A DNA stretch of 64,000 nt, taken from positions 32,001-96,000 of the IMG/VR virus record IMGVR_UViG_3300029935_000001, one strand, 5' to 3'. The stretch comes from a virus (lineage: Duplodnaviria; Heunggongvirae; Uroviricota; Caudoviricetes). Shown here one piece after another: positions 47,637 through 57,907 of this stretch (within the stretch, counting starts at the first letter, position 1; every line of letters starts with the position of its first letter). The notes under the pieces are model-generated. The model searched no databases, had not been told where the DNA came from, and saw only the letters and a program-made list of their open reading frames with translations. The position numbers and the translations under genes are program-made.

Positions 47637-49964
47637 TTATCCTAAATTAAAACCATCTACTGCGGACCTCACAGTAGCAGTTAGTTGGTTTGCTGTTGAT
47701 TGTAAATCAGAGGCAATCTTTTGTGCCCCAGCCGCTGCAGTTTGGACTTGATAAGCAATCTTAGGGATTTTGGCGTTGCCTAAAATCTCGTTAGTGGTTT
47801 TGTCCAGGCCATCACGCGCTGCTGTTGCGATTTGTCCAGCTTGCTCTCCGACTTGCGCAATTTGTGCCGGTAACTTGTCAGTAACAAAGCTTACTGCGTA
47901 TTTTGCCTGCTGCATTGCTGCGTCAACTTGCGCTTTTACATCGGCTGTAATTGCACTAACTTTTCCGTTAACAAAATTAGCAACATCCTCAGGGGATGTA
48001 TTTGCTGCCGCTTGAATCAGTCCGGCTACTTGCTTAACATCTGCCACTGCTTGTATAACCCCTAACTCCTCGAGCCTATCGTGTGCAAGAGAATACAACT
48101 GCTCTTGCACTTTGGTTTGTAACTTCTCCGATTGCAGGAACCCTGCGATACTGTCAATCCCGCCTTTGAGTGTCCAATTAGATGAGTCGCTAAGTAATTC
48201 AGTAATTGTCTCTGACACATTACCCACTTCGTTTAACATGTCCGCAACACCGGGCTTAATAAACCCTGCAGCCTCTAGTTCGCCGACTGATACTCCAAAC
48301 TTTCCGATTAGCCCATCTGGGCTAACCGTAGTAAGTGTTTGCCCTAACGCTTCCATTTTTTTAGCGCTTTGAGCTAGCATACCGGTTACCTGATCAGGCG
48401 AAACTTTGCCAATGGCAACCGTAGCTTTTTCAGCATTTAACACGTCGCCTGCTGAAATACCCGATTCGAGCGGCGGTTCATTCGGTGGCGGTGCGGGCAT
48501 TGCAGGCGGTGGCGGCGCCGGCGGTTGCACTTCCATTACTACTCGAGCCTCAACTCCTTTGTTGTGCTCGGAGTACGGTTCGTGTGTTGGTGCTCGAGGC
48601 ACAATTGACGTAAGGGTCGCTGGGGCCGAAACCCAGCCGCTGCCGGTCAACTTTGCATCCGCTAATTTTGTTTTTACAATTTTTGTTACTGGATTAACCG
48701 AAGCTGCGCCGCCGGAGTTTAGATTTATTCGGCTGCCGGTGACCGAAAAAGCGCCTGCTGAGCTAACAGCCGCACTCGAATCCGACTTAATACCTAAGCT
48801 GCCATTGGCCAAGATGCCCAAAGTAGCAGCAGAATGAACGGTCATGTTTCCGGACGAAAACGCAGCATATGTTCCGTTAGTTTCTGTGTGGATACTGCGT
48901 TCGGCATACACGTTAAATTTCTCTCCAGCATACATATTGATTGACTTGTCGGCGTGAAAATTTAGTTCCCCTTGTGTGCGCAAATTCACCGAGTTAGTGC
49001 TATACACGTCAATGGCGCCTTCTTTGCCCATTTCAATCCATGATTGACCGTTAGCGTGAATAAAATAAAAGCAGTCGCCGTCGTCGGACATTAACAACTG
49101 ATGGCCCCTGCTGGTACGGATCCGTACCAGCGCGTCTTTGCCTTCGACATCGCCGTCGTCCATAACAAACGTGTGACCACCGCGCCGGCCAACAACTTTT
49201 ACATCCTGAGGCTTGAGTTTACCTGACGATAACTGACTTCGAATATCAGCTTCGCTTAATCCGCCGTCGTAAATTGCACGGCCAGGTGTTGAGATTCCGT
49301 ATACCGACGACGGCGATTCTCGCTGTGAGCTGCTTCCAATTGGGCCGCGAGTTCGATCATTGATTAGGCCTTGCTGAAACAATGTAGCAGCAGTGTACGA
49401 ATGTACCGGCTTTACTTTGTCGTGAAATCGCGGGTCTTCTCGAATTTCGTCGTTTTTGTCGTTGATTTCTGCAACCGGTAACCGAGTCGCGCCGCCGAAT
49501 AACTTTTCTTGTGCTTTGTTATCGCGCTTGGCTTGGGCAGTAGCGCCAATGGCTGGAACCATGTGTGTTAGCCCTGGCTCAGGTATACACCCAACATAAT
49601 ACCCTAAGTTAGGGTCGCCGTTGGCGAAAAAACACAGCACTCGAGTCTCTAGGTCCGGGGGCGTAAACCACATTCCATACGAGTGCCGATTGCCAACATA
49701 GTCACCTTCAGTTTCCGACGATGCGGTATTTGGTGTGACTCCGTAATACGGCGGCAGGTATGACACTGTGCGCCATACGCTGGTGTCCGTTTGATCCGAC
49801 CCACTTGCTAACTCAGTGATAAACACTTGCAGTCGACCCGACCGGGTCGGGTCAACGTTATTCTTCACTATGCCAATAAACGGACCGGGGTCGGCTGCAG
49901 CGCCACCGCGGTCTAACTTATACTCCGAACCGCGGCCGGTGTTGCGTTGAATGTTTTCTGCCAT
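47637..49964 (-). CDS. baseplate hub/central spike protein (gp5/VgrG-like) with C-terminal extension
   Basis: GIVKNNVDPTRSGRLQVFI OB-fold start, RTSRGHQ beta-helix repeats, RAPTHEPY..H. Confidence 0.8.
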   Translation of the reverse strand: MAENIQRNTGRGSEYKLDRGGAAADPGPFIGIVKNNVDPTRSGRLQVFITELASGSDQTDTSVWRTVSYLPPYYGVTPNTASSETEGDYVGNRHSYGMWFTPPDLETRVLCFFANGDPNLGYYVGCIPEPGLTHMVPAIGATAQAKRDNKAQEKLFGGATRLPVAEINDKNDEIREDPRFHDKVKPVHSYTAATLFQQGLINDRTRGPIGSSSQRESPSSVYGISTPGRAIYDGGLSEADIRSQLSSGKLKPQDVKVVGRRGGHTFVMDDGDVEGKDALVRIRTSRGHQLLMSDDGDCFYFIHANGQSWIEMGKEGAIDVYSTNSVNLRTQGELNFHADKSINMYAGEKFNVYAERSIHTETNGTYAAFSSGNMTVHSAATLGILANGSLGIKSDSSAAVSSAGAFSVTGSRINLNSGGAASVNPVTKIVKTKLADAKLTGSGWVSAPATLTSIVPRAPTHEPYSEHNKGVEARVVMEVQPPAPPPPAMPAPPPNEPPLESGISAGDVLNAEKATVAIGKVSPDQVTGMLAQSAKKMEALGQTLTTVSPDGLIGKFGVSVGELEAAGFIKPGVADMLNEVGNVSETITELLSDSSNWTLKGGIDSIAGFLQSEKLQTKVQEQLYSLAHDRLEELGVIQAVADVKQVAGLIQAAANTSPEDVANFVNGKVSAITADVKAQVDAAMQQAKYAVSFVTDKLPAQIAQVGEQAGQIATAARDGLDKTTNEILGNAKIPKIAYQVQTAAAGAQKIASDLQSTANQLTATVRSAVDGFNLG

Positions 49965-49965
49965 C

Positions 49966-52101
49966 TTAGGTTCCTAGTCGAGTTAGTGCTGTGCTAAACT
50001 CTCTGTCATTTAGCAAGGTTGGATAGTCTTGGCGTAATTTTAACAACTCTGCAGTAGTCGACACCTGACGCTGTTGACCATTGCTGAGGACTACTGTAAC
50101 CGTAGTAGTCGGGCCAAATGCCGAGTTACCGTTGCTGGCTACTTGAGTCTGCTGCGGCGAGTCGAACTGCACTAAGTTTGGATTCAATGCGTTTGACCCG
50201 TAAAAATTACTACCAGTGATCGGTGTTGGCGCTGAAATATTAGTAATACTACTGCTTGTGGCTTGTTGAACATCCGGCGGTCGAACCTGGCTATTTACTG
50301 TTGAATCTTTTTGCACTTCATTGTCGCTTAGCCGCAGCCAACCAATTAACTCTTGCGTAAACTGACCATTTTTAAACATACTTGTAACCACGCGGGCGTT
50401 ATACACAAAAGTGTTTATACGCACTCCTGGGAAGTTACTGGTTCTTCCGGTGTTTGCTTGATTTACATCCATGAGCCCTGTTCTCATGTTATAATCAACT
50501 GGAACATTAAAACTAACCTCAAACATTACGTGCCCGGCTTCAAAATTAACAGCACCATTAGAAGTAAACGGCATCATTTCGGAACCGCCAACCGTTGCTT
50601 CTCCGAGCCAGTCTGGGTCACCGTGGATTACTAGTCTAACTTCCGCTTGGTCAGCTAAGCTATATAAGTTTGCTGCGTAAAATGCAGCAGGGTCCGCAGC
50701 ACCGTTACGGGCACCTTGTGACGAAACATTTGCTCCTGGAGTTACAATCGACGCCGTCGGTGATCCGATATTGTTAATTGCATTTTTAGCCTCTGCTGGC
50801 GCCATTCGAGTAAAATATAAAAAGTTATACTCTTGCTCAAAGCTCAGCACTTCTTTGTTTTGACCAGTGAACCAATAATCATACCGTTTGTGCGGGCCCT
50901 TGTATGCAGTCTTAGGCATTGAGCCAGTGTTTAGATATACCTCATACGGACGGACTACATATGTGGTTTTATACAGTGTTGAATTCTGTGCCTGGTCAAA
51001 AGTCAATTCGGTTCGACCGCCTACTAGGAACCATTTAGCTACTTCATTAACATTTGGCTTAATTATTACTTCGCCGGTTTCGGTTATATCGTAAGCTTGT
51101 TGGTCGCTAATATAAGAACTTGCGCGAACGATTGTATCAATAAACTGAATAATCGGGGTGCCAGCTGCAACTGAAAAATTACGGTCATTGGTCTGCACTT
51201 GCCCTTTTTCTGGCAGAATACGGTCTGCTTCAGTTGTCATGTTTGCAGGAGTTGCATCTAGTGCAGTAGGGCCCGGGCGTTTTAACACAGCATTAGCAAT
51301 AGCTGGGTCAGCAAATTCTATCGCTATTTCGTTTGTTCGCGTCCCTCCTGGCGCCAGGCTTTTGTAATACCCGTTAATTGCGTCAGTAAGGCTGCGCACA
51401 TTAGCCGCTGGGGTACTAGAGCCTGTGCCGGCCAATAACTGCCCAACTGTGCTTGCTGATAATTCGAGGGGAATTGGAACTGCGCCAGTTAGCCCGCCTT
51501 GTGCATAGTAGCTCCACTCTGGTACTCCTGCGCACTGATACTCTACTGTATTGCCGTTTACTTTAAATTTTATTTCTTGAAACTTAAACGGAATATACTT
51601 TTCGATCGCAGCCGCTGAGTCTGAGGTATTACTGCTGATTCCGCGAATTGGCTTACCGTTTTTGTCAAAACCATAAAACCTAATTACTAACAAATACGGC
51701 TGCGACCAATACGAAGGATCCCCGCTTCCTAATTTTTGAACTTCTTTTTCTAAACGGTCTAAAAAAGTAATACCATATGGCTCAATAACTTTAAACCGCA
51801 TTTCATACGAAAGTGACGGACTTCCGGTTTCTTGAGTGGAGACCAGCGACTTTATTTCAATGTCATCGATATAAAAATCAAGATCGAAAAATTCACTACG
51901 TTCGGCGGTGAGATTACCGTTTGCTGATGCTTGACCACGCGCAGGTGCGCCACCGTTTTGAGCAATCAACGAAAGTCCAGCGACTGTGCGCTCGCCAGCC
52001 GCTAAGCGAGTAAAATATTCAAGCGGACCGGCATATAACGAAGCAATGTATGTACACGAACTAAACGTTGAAAGTATGTTGTCTCTGGGCAATAAACTCA
52101 T
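49966..52101 (-). CDS. baseplate hub / tail protein (gp27-like by position)
   Basis: EPYGITF, YDYWFTGQN, IHGDPDW, FTQEL; lies between gp53-like and gp5-like genes. Confidence 0.6.
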   Translation of the reverse strand: MSLLPRDNILSTFSSCTYIASLYAGPLEYFTRLAAGERTVAGLSLIAQNGGAPARGQASANGNLTAERSEFFDLDFYIDDIEIKSLVSTQETGSPSLSYEMRFKVIEPYGITFLDRLEKEVQKLGSGDPSYWSQPYLLVIRFYGFDKNGKPIRGISSNTSDSAAAIEKYIPFKFQEIKFKVNGNTVEYQCAGVPEWSYYAQGGLTGAVPIPLELSASTVGQLLAGTGSSTPAANVRSLTDAINGYYKSLAPGGTRTNEIAIEFADPAIANAVLKRPGPTALDATPANMTTEADRILPEKGQVQTNDRNFSVAAGTPIIQFIDTIVRASSYISDQQAYDITETGEVIIKPNVNEVAKWFLVGGRTELTFDQAQNSTLYKTTYVVRPYEVYLNTGSMPKTAYKGPHKRYDYWFTGQNKEVLSFEQEYNFLYFTRMAPAEAKNAINNIGSPTASIVTPGANVSSQGARNGAADPAAFYAANLYSLADQAEVRLVIHGDPDWLGEATVGGSEMMPFTSNGAVNFEAGHVMFEVSFNVPVDYNMRTGLMDVNQANTGRTSNFPGVRINTFVYNARVVTSMFKNGQFTQELIGWLRLSDNEVQKDSTVNSQVRPPDVQQATSSSITNISAPTPITGSNFYGSNALNPNLVQFDSPQQTQVASNGNSAFGPTTTVTVVLSNGQQRQVSTTAELLKLRQDYPTLLNDREFSTALTRLGT

Positions 52102-52400
52102 TAAATTCCCAATGCCTTTTTAAGTGTTTCGATTTTTGGCACCCACAATTGAGTGCCTTCGACGAAATCCAGTAACGGATTAATCAATACATTCGGGTTC
52201 CGCACTGCGAATACCCACCAAAGCCTGCTGTCGCTGTATAAGTCATACGCAAGTAGGTCTGGTCTCAGGTGGTAAGTCCGATCCAACATAATCACTGCGT
52301 CGTCATCGAGTGCCGGAAACGACCTTTGATCCCAAACTTCTAAATAGCCCGCCGAGTCAACCTTTGTTTTAAAATACGGACTTTGTGGCGCAAAATTCAT
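52101..52400 (-). CDS. baseplate wedge protein (gp53/LysM-like)
   Basis: RPDLLAYDLY...LWWVF..RN. Confidence 0.8.
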   Translation of the reverse strand: MNFAPQSPYFKTKVDSAGYLEVWDQRSFPALDDDAVIMLDRTYHLRPDLLAYDLYSDSRLWWVFAVRNPNVLINPLLDFVEGTQLWVPKIETLKKALGI

Positions 52401-53368
52401 TATATAAACCCTCGAGTAATAAGTTCTCCGGATGCGTACTTTTTGAGACTAAAATCAGTTGACATTTGGTGCCGGCTCATCATTGGCAGCAGGGTGAGCG
52501 TGATTTCCAGTTTAGTAGGCACATACGATGCTCCTACACTCCCGGCAGTAATCGAGTTACTTGCTGCTTTTTTGCCCCCGGGCAAAATCCCAAGACGTTC
52601 GAGTCTCGATAACGTTGCCGACAATGGATTAGTGCGACGGCGGTTTGTATCCACTGCCGGGCCCGTCGGCGCTGAAATCGTCCCGGGCTCAGTTCGAACA
52701 TAGTTCACATCCGACGGCAGTAAGTAGTTAAAGTCTTTAATTACCACCGGTACGCGATTGTACTGGTGTTGCCCGTGCGCGGAGAAAAACAACACCGGCG
52801 GTGGGGTTCCGCGTTCGTAATCTTGTCCGTAAAACATCTTAGACGCTGATTTGAAAAAATGTATCGCTGCTAACACGTACTTAGCTTCGGCATTATCTTG
52901 CGCTGTAAACGTGGCCTGAAGCTGTATCTCACCGGGGTTTGATCCTTGATAATGGTACCCGTTCCAGTTTGAATACGGTAACGTAGTAGTCGAGTAGTTT
53001 GCGTGGTGTATTGTATCAATTTGCGGCGTATACGGAAAAATCACTCCATTGGTTTCGCGCAACGGAGCCAAAATCCCAGGCTGGCTTGCGTTATACAAAT
53101 AATCAGCATCCGGAGCTAACTGTAATCGTGCGCGCCAATCGCTGGCTGCTGTTGCTGTGAGGTCAACGGTTTGCACCGCAGATTTATTTGGCAAGTTAGC
53201 AATAAAGTCGCCCATCGGGTCCGAGCTTGTTTGGGCCCGGGTGAGGTCTACTGTTGCAACGTTTTGAACAGGATCCGGCTGGCTAATTTGCCCGGATCCA
53301 GCTGAGGCTGTAATAAACGATTGTTGGTTGTTGGTAACTGGTGCCGGGGAGCTTATAAGCGTAGCCAT
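52400..53368 (-). CDS. baseplate/tail-tube initiator-like protein
   Basis: FPYTPQI, GTPPPV, VPVVI, YVPT; first gene of late operon with TAAATA at 53388-53393. Confidence 0.6.
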   Translation of the reverse strand: MATLISSPAPVTNNQQSFITASAGSGQISQPDPVQNVATVDLTRAQTSSDPMGDFIANLPNKSAVQTVDLTATAASDWRARLQLAPDADYLYNASQPGILAPLRETNGVIFPYTPQIDTIHHANYSTTTLPYSNWNGYHYQGSNPGEIQLQATFTAQDNAEAKYVLAAIHFFKSASKMFYGQDYERGTPPPVLFFSAHGQHQYNRVPVVIKDFNYLLPSDVNYVRTEPGTISAPTGPAVDTNRRRTNPLSATLSRLERLGILPGGKKAASNSITAGSVGASYVPTKLEITLTLLPMMSRHQMSTDFSLKKYASGELITRGFI

Positions 53369-53432
53369 GGTAAAATTCCTTATACCTTATTTATCGGGGA
53401 GATCTATAGGTATTTTTCCTTTACCAAAACGT

Positions 53433-53460
53433 TTGACATTATAAAAAGCTATGCTACACT
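53433..53460 (+). promoter_or_regulatory. sigma70-type promoter for late-sigma gene
   Basis: TTGACA-16-TACACT with TG extension. Confidence 0.55.
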
Positions 53461-53485
53461 GTATGTAAGGAGATAAATCTTACAT

Positions 53486-55306
53486 ATGGCCGCTAAAGTC
53501 AACTACCTAAACAACCGCGATCTTCTTAAAGAGATCCATCTTTCAAAAAACTCGTTCTGCACTTTCCGCGATCCTGTAAACGATCACCAATATGATGTTA
53601 TTGTAGAATCAGTAGCTGATATTCCCAGTTCGATTCCTACTGCGCAGCAAAACCGTGCCGACCGCATTAAACGAGCAACCGGTGAAGTGATAGAGCCATC
53701 GACTATTCCGCACACAGATTTGGTTTTTCGAGTAATCGAGTGGGAGCATATTCCGTTTGCTCCGCCTAAGGCCCCTAAGGCCAAGAAGAAAAAAATTGCC
53801 GAACTGTTTGATTTTGACGAAGAGCTCGACGACGATGAGGATTTTCCTCCTCTCGACGATGTTCACATTCGACTCAACTTTCCACCATTTTACCATTATC
53901 GCTTAAATGCAAGTGGCGAGCCGTTTATTGTGGGCAAGTCACACTGGAAGGGCACGCTCGAAGATGGCGAATTTTGCAGAACACATGGGTCAATTAACAA
54001 CAACTTAGCTCGTATGTTCCTCAAGCTGTGCGAACGCTACGCTACTCGGTCAAACTGGCGAGGGTATTGCGTCGACGACCAAACCGAAGCCCTTACAAAA
54101 CGCGGTTGGCTCGATGAATCTAAAATTACCACTGCTGATGAAATCTTATCGTTTAACGGCAATGAGATGGTCTGGTCGCCAATACGCTCTATTTTCCGAG
54201 ATGTGTATAACGGCAAAATGTTTAAGATGACATCGCGCGGGATCGACGCGCTAATGACCCCAGGGCACAAAATAGTAACCGACAAGGGCTTGACTAAAAT
54301 CGAGCACCTACTCGAGTCTGACCGAATCGTTATCATGGGCAAGGCACCTGAGTCACCCGAGACCGCAATATACAACGACGCGACCGTTGAGCTCGCCGGA
54401 TGGATTGTAACCGAAGGTAATTATCAGCCCAATAAACAAATAGTTACAATTTACCAAAACGAAGGCAGGTATGCTGATCGGATCCGCACCTGTCTAAATA
54501 CCTTAGGGTATGAGTATTCCGAAAGTAAATCGTTAAAATCCGAAAACATAGCCTTCTCAATTCGCCGCAAGCACTGGGGCGAGATCGTAGCATTGCTTCC
54601 AAACAAAAATCTAACCATGGAATTCTTGCTATCACTAACTTCTGCACAAAAAGAGTTGCTGTTATCGACTATGATCGACGGTGACGGGCACCGCGATGGA
54701 CTAAAAATGCGGTACACTCAGAAGAATAAAGAGCATATGAACATGTTCCAAGCTCTGTGCGCGCTAACTGGTCGCAAAGCCAACGTGAAATTCGTAGAGA
54801 ATAAGATGTCATTCGATAAACCAACCTCTTACTACACAGCGACTATCTTTACTGAGCGAGGAAATCATACCCGCGGTTCTTCGGTCGACCTGCACGGCGG
54901 TAAAAACAACGGTCGCAAGTCGCCCGGACAGGGGAAGTTTGCTCACCCTAATTTTCCCACAGTAGACTACACCGGAACTGTTTGGTGTCCCGAGACTGAT
55001 TACGGATGCTTCTTGGCTCGTCGCAATGGCATGCCATACCTAACTGGCAACACCTACAACGAAGAAATGAGAGGCCAAGCATTGCTCCAACTTGCTCAAG
55101 TTGGCTTACAGTTTGACGAATACAAATCACAAAACCCGTTTGCCTACTATACTACGGCTATTAAAAATTCGTTCACTCGCATTGTGAATTTAGAAAAGCG
55201 CAATCAAAACATTCGCGACGACATTCTCGAAATTAATGGTTTGAATCCAAGTTGGAGTCGGCAAAACTCTGCCGCAGGCGGTAGTCATAACTACGATTAT
55301 GACTGA
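53486..55306 (+). CDS. gp55-like late-transcription sigma factor containing an intein
   Basis: NYLNN, NWRGY|TYNEEM, FDEYKSQNPFAYYT, RIVNLEKR. Confidence 0.85.
   Translation: MAAKVNYLNNRDLLKEIHLSKNSFCTFRDPVNDHQYDVIVESVADIPSSIPTAQQNRADRIKRATGEVIEPSTIPHTDLVFRVIEWEHIPFAPPKAPKAKKKKIAELFDFDEELDDDEDFPPLDDVHIRLNFPPFYHYRLNASGEPFIVGKSHWKGTLEDGEFCRTHGSINNNLARMFLKLCERYATRSNWRGYCVDDQTEALTKRGWLDESKITTADEILSFNGNEMVWSPIRSIFRDVYNGKMFKMTSRGIDALMTPGHKIVTDKGLTKIEHLLESDRIVIMGKAPESPETAIYNDATVELAGWIVTEGNYQPNKQIVTIYQNEGRYADRIRTCLNTLGYEYSESKSLKSENIAFSIRRKHWGEIVALLPNKNLTMEFLLSLTSAQKELLLSTMIDGDGHRDGLKMRYTQKNKEHMNMFQALCALTGRKANVKFVENKMSFDKPTSYYTATIFTERGNHTRGSSVDLHGGKNNGRKSPGQGKFAHPNFPTVDYTGTVWCPETDYGCFLARRNGMPYLTGNTYNEEMRGQALLQLAQVGLQFDEYKSQNPFAYYTTAIKNSFTRIVNLEKRNQNIRDDILEINGLNPSWSRQNSAAGGSHNYDYD
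54068..55051 (+). mobile_element. LAGLIDADG intein (328 aa) in the sigma factor
   Basis: block A CVDDQTEALTKRGW, block B TPGH, LAGWIVTEG and STMIDGDG motifs, VWCP, C-terminal TGN followed by Thr. Confidence 0.9.
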
Positions 55307-56897
55307 CTTAACTGCGTTGTCTGCGCACAAATACCTAACATTATCTAAGTTAGAGGAAGCTGATACCAATGGCTTACTCACACCTTTCAAAGTGTTAGGT
55401 ATTTCAAACCCACGGCAATTGTTATATCATTACACACAACAATTATTTTCTATCCCACAATGTCCGTGCGGCAATAAGCTTGAGTGGCACGCAGACCGGC
55501 GGCGCTATCGAGCTTATTGCTCTAAAAAATGTACCGCAACCTATTCTCAACAAAAAGCTAAGCTAACTAATATTGAAAAATATGGTGCGTCTCGCTTTTC
55601 ACAGACTGCCGAATTTCGAGACAAAATTAAAAAAACTTCATTACAAAAGTTTGGCACAGAGCACTATAGCCAAACCGCCGAGTGGGTTTCTCGAACTGCT
55701 GCCACAAATCAATATCGCTTCGGAGTTGATCGCCCAGCACAGAATTCAGCCATCGCTGAGCGCACAAAGCAAACAAACATTGCGCGTTATGGTAGCGCGG
55801 CGCCTGCAGGCTCTGCTCAAATTATTCAAAAAATAAAACAAACAAACTTACAAACGCGTGGCGTCGACAACCCCAGCAAAGCTCATTACTCTGCCGACGC
55901 TCTTGAGTTTTTAACTAACCTTGAATTATTCGCTTCAGAGTGTGCTCAGTTATCTGTAGCAGATTTGGCAAACAAATACCAGATATCAGTTAAACCAATA
56001 TACGACCGCATTAACGCGTTAGAACTTTCTATTCCAAAAAACCCGTCGCGGCTTGAAACCGAAATTGCTAGCTACATATCTAGCATATACAACGGCCCAT
56101 TGTCGCAAAACGTTCGACATTTAATTACTCCGTATCAACTTGACTTACTCCTTCCAGACTTGAACATCGGAATTGAGTGTAACGGCAGCTACTGGCACAG
56201 CGAGCTAAACGGCCGTGATCGTTTATACCACATTAACAAAACCAAACGATTAGCCGAAAAAAACATACGCCTTATTCACATTTGGGAACATCAGTGGGCA
56301 AATCAGAGACCTATTGTTGAGTCTATGCTTTCCACTGCGGTCGGGCAGAATCATCGGATTTACGCACGGGACTGCCAAGTTAAAAAAATCTCGCCTGCTG
56401 CTAGCCGGGAGTTTTTATCACAAACCCACCTCCAAGGGTCTGCTGCTGCTACAGTCCACTATGGACTCTTTTGGCAAAACAAGCTTGTTTCGGTGATGTC
56501 ATTTGGGCAAGCCCGGTTTAACAAACAATACCAATGGGAGTTGATACGGTTTGCAAGCAAACTACACACCACTGTTGTTGGAGGGGCTTCTAAATTGTTT
56601 CGCCGTTTTATTCGAGATTTTTCTCCGACTACTGTATTATCGTACTGCGACCTTTCGTTTTCTGCTGGTAACTTATACCAAAAACTCGGGTTTGAATTTT
56701 CTCACAACAGCAACCCTAATTATTTTTACACTGCAAATTACAAAGATTTTTTTTCGCGGCACAAATTTCAAAAACACCGATTAAAAAATCTAATAGAAAA
56801 TTTCAATCCAGCACTATCCGAATGGGAAAATATGAAAGCTAACGGATGGGATAGAATTTGGGATTGCGGCAACGGAGTTTACATTTTTAAATTATGA
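55299..56897 (+). mobile_element. Hef-like putative homing endonuclease, paralog of 16292..17986
   Basis: TNIEKYG repeats, LDLLLP..IGIECNGSYWH, VVGGASKL, WDCG. Confidence 0.75.
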
Positions 56898-57907
56898 ACC
56901 TTTTTAAGAAAGCAATCGTCTTTACAGACATTCATTACGGGCTGAAAAACAACTCGGTTAGACACAATCAAGACTGCCATGAATTTATCGAATGGGTAGT
57001 AAGATTAGGAAAAGAACAAGGGTGCGACACTTGTTTGTTCCTCGGCGACTACCACAACAACCGAGCCTCAATCAATCTCCATACTATGAATTACGGTGTT
57101 CGTGGTCTCGAGTTACTTGCAAAGAACTTTGACCAGGTGTTTTTCATTCCGGGAAACCATGATTTATACTACCGCGACAAGCGTGACATTCACGGTCTTG
57201 CGTGGGCGCCACATATCCAAAATATCCACATCATCAACGACTGGTTTAAGGAGGGCGATGTTGTCATTGCTCCCTGGCTCATTAACGAAGACCACAAGAA
57301 AATCGCCAGGCAAAAAGGCACCTATATGTTCGGTCACTTTGAGCTGCCGTCATTTATGATGAACGCGCAGGTCGAGATGCCCGATACTGGCGAGGTCCGG
57401 CTCGAGGACTTCCAGCGTTTTGATTCTGTCTTTTCGGGCCACTTCCACATTCGCCAGCGGAAAGGTAATATCCACTATATCGGCAATGCCTTTCCGCATA
57501 ACTACTCCGACGCCGGCGACGATCGTCGCGGTGCTATGATCCTCGAGTGGGGTAAGAAGCCCCAATACTTTACCTGGGACCAGCAACCTACGTATCGTGT
57601 CTTTAAGCTGTCTGAGCTAATTGACCGTCACGAAACTCTACTGAACAAAAACGTCCACGCTCGTGTCCACCTTGACATCGACATTTCATACGAAGAGGCT
57701 TCTTTTATCAAGGAAACATTTGTGTCTAAATACAATGTCCGCGAAATGTCCTTGATTCCAGTCAAGGGCGAAGCAGTAGCGCAGGATTTGGCACCCGGTG
57801 ATATCAAATTCGAATCGGTTGATCAAATCATTCACCAACAGCTAACCGCTATTAACTCTGAGTTTTACGATCCGGCACTACTCCTACAAATCTATCAAAA
57901 TCTATGA
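56894..57907 (+). CDS. recombination nuclease subunit (T4 gp47 / Mre11-SbcD-like)
   Basis: DIH, GD, GNHD, GHFE, SGHFH metallophosphoesterase motifs. Confidence 0.92.
   Translation: MNLFKKAIVFTDIHYGLKNNSVRHNQDCHEFIEWVVRLGKEQGCDTCLFLGDYHNNRASINLHTMNYGVRGLELLAKNFDQVFFIPGNHDLYYRDKRDIHGLAWAPHIQNIHIINDWFKEGDVVIAPWLINEDHKKIARQKGTYMFGHFELPSFMMNAQVEMPDTGEVRLEDFQRFDSVFSGHFHIRQRKGNIHYIGNAFPHNYSDAGDDRRGAMILEWGKKPQYFTWDQQPTYRVFKLSELIDRHETLLNKNVHARVHLDIDISYEEASFIKETFVSKYNVREMSLIPVKGEAVAQDLAPGDIKFESVDQIIHQQLTAINSEFYDPALLLQIYQNL

Noticed and set aside
27810-52703. Many + strand ORFs within the structural block, and antisense ORFs over early genes
   Set aside because: Shadow frames of long genes; no RBS or recognisable motifs.
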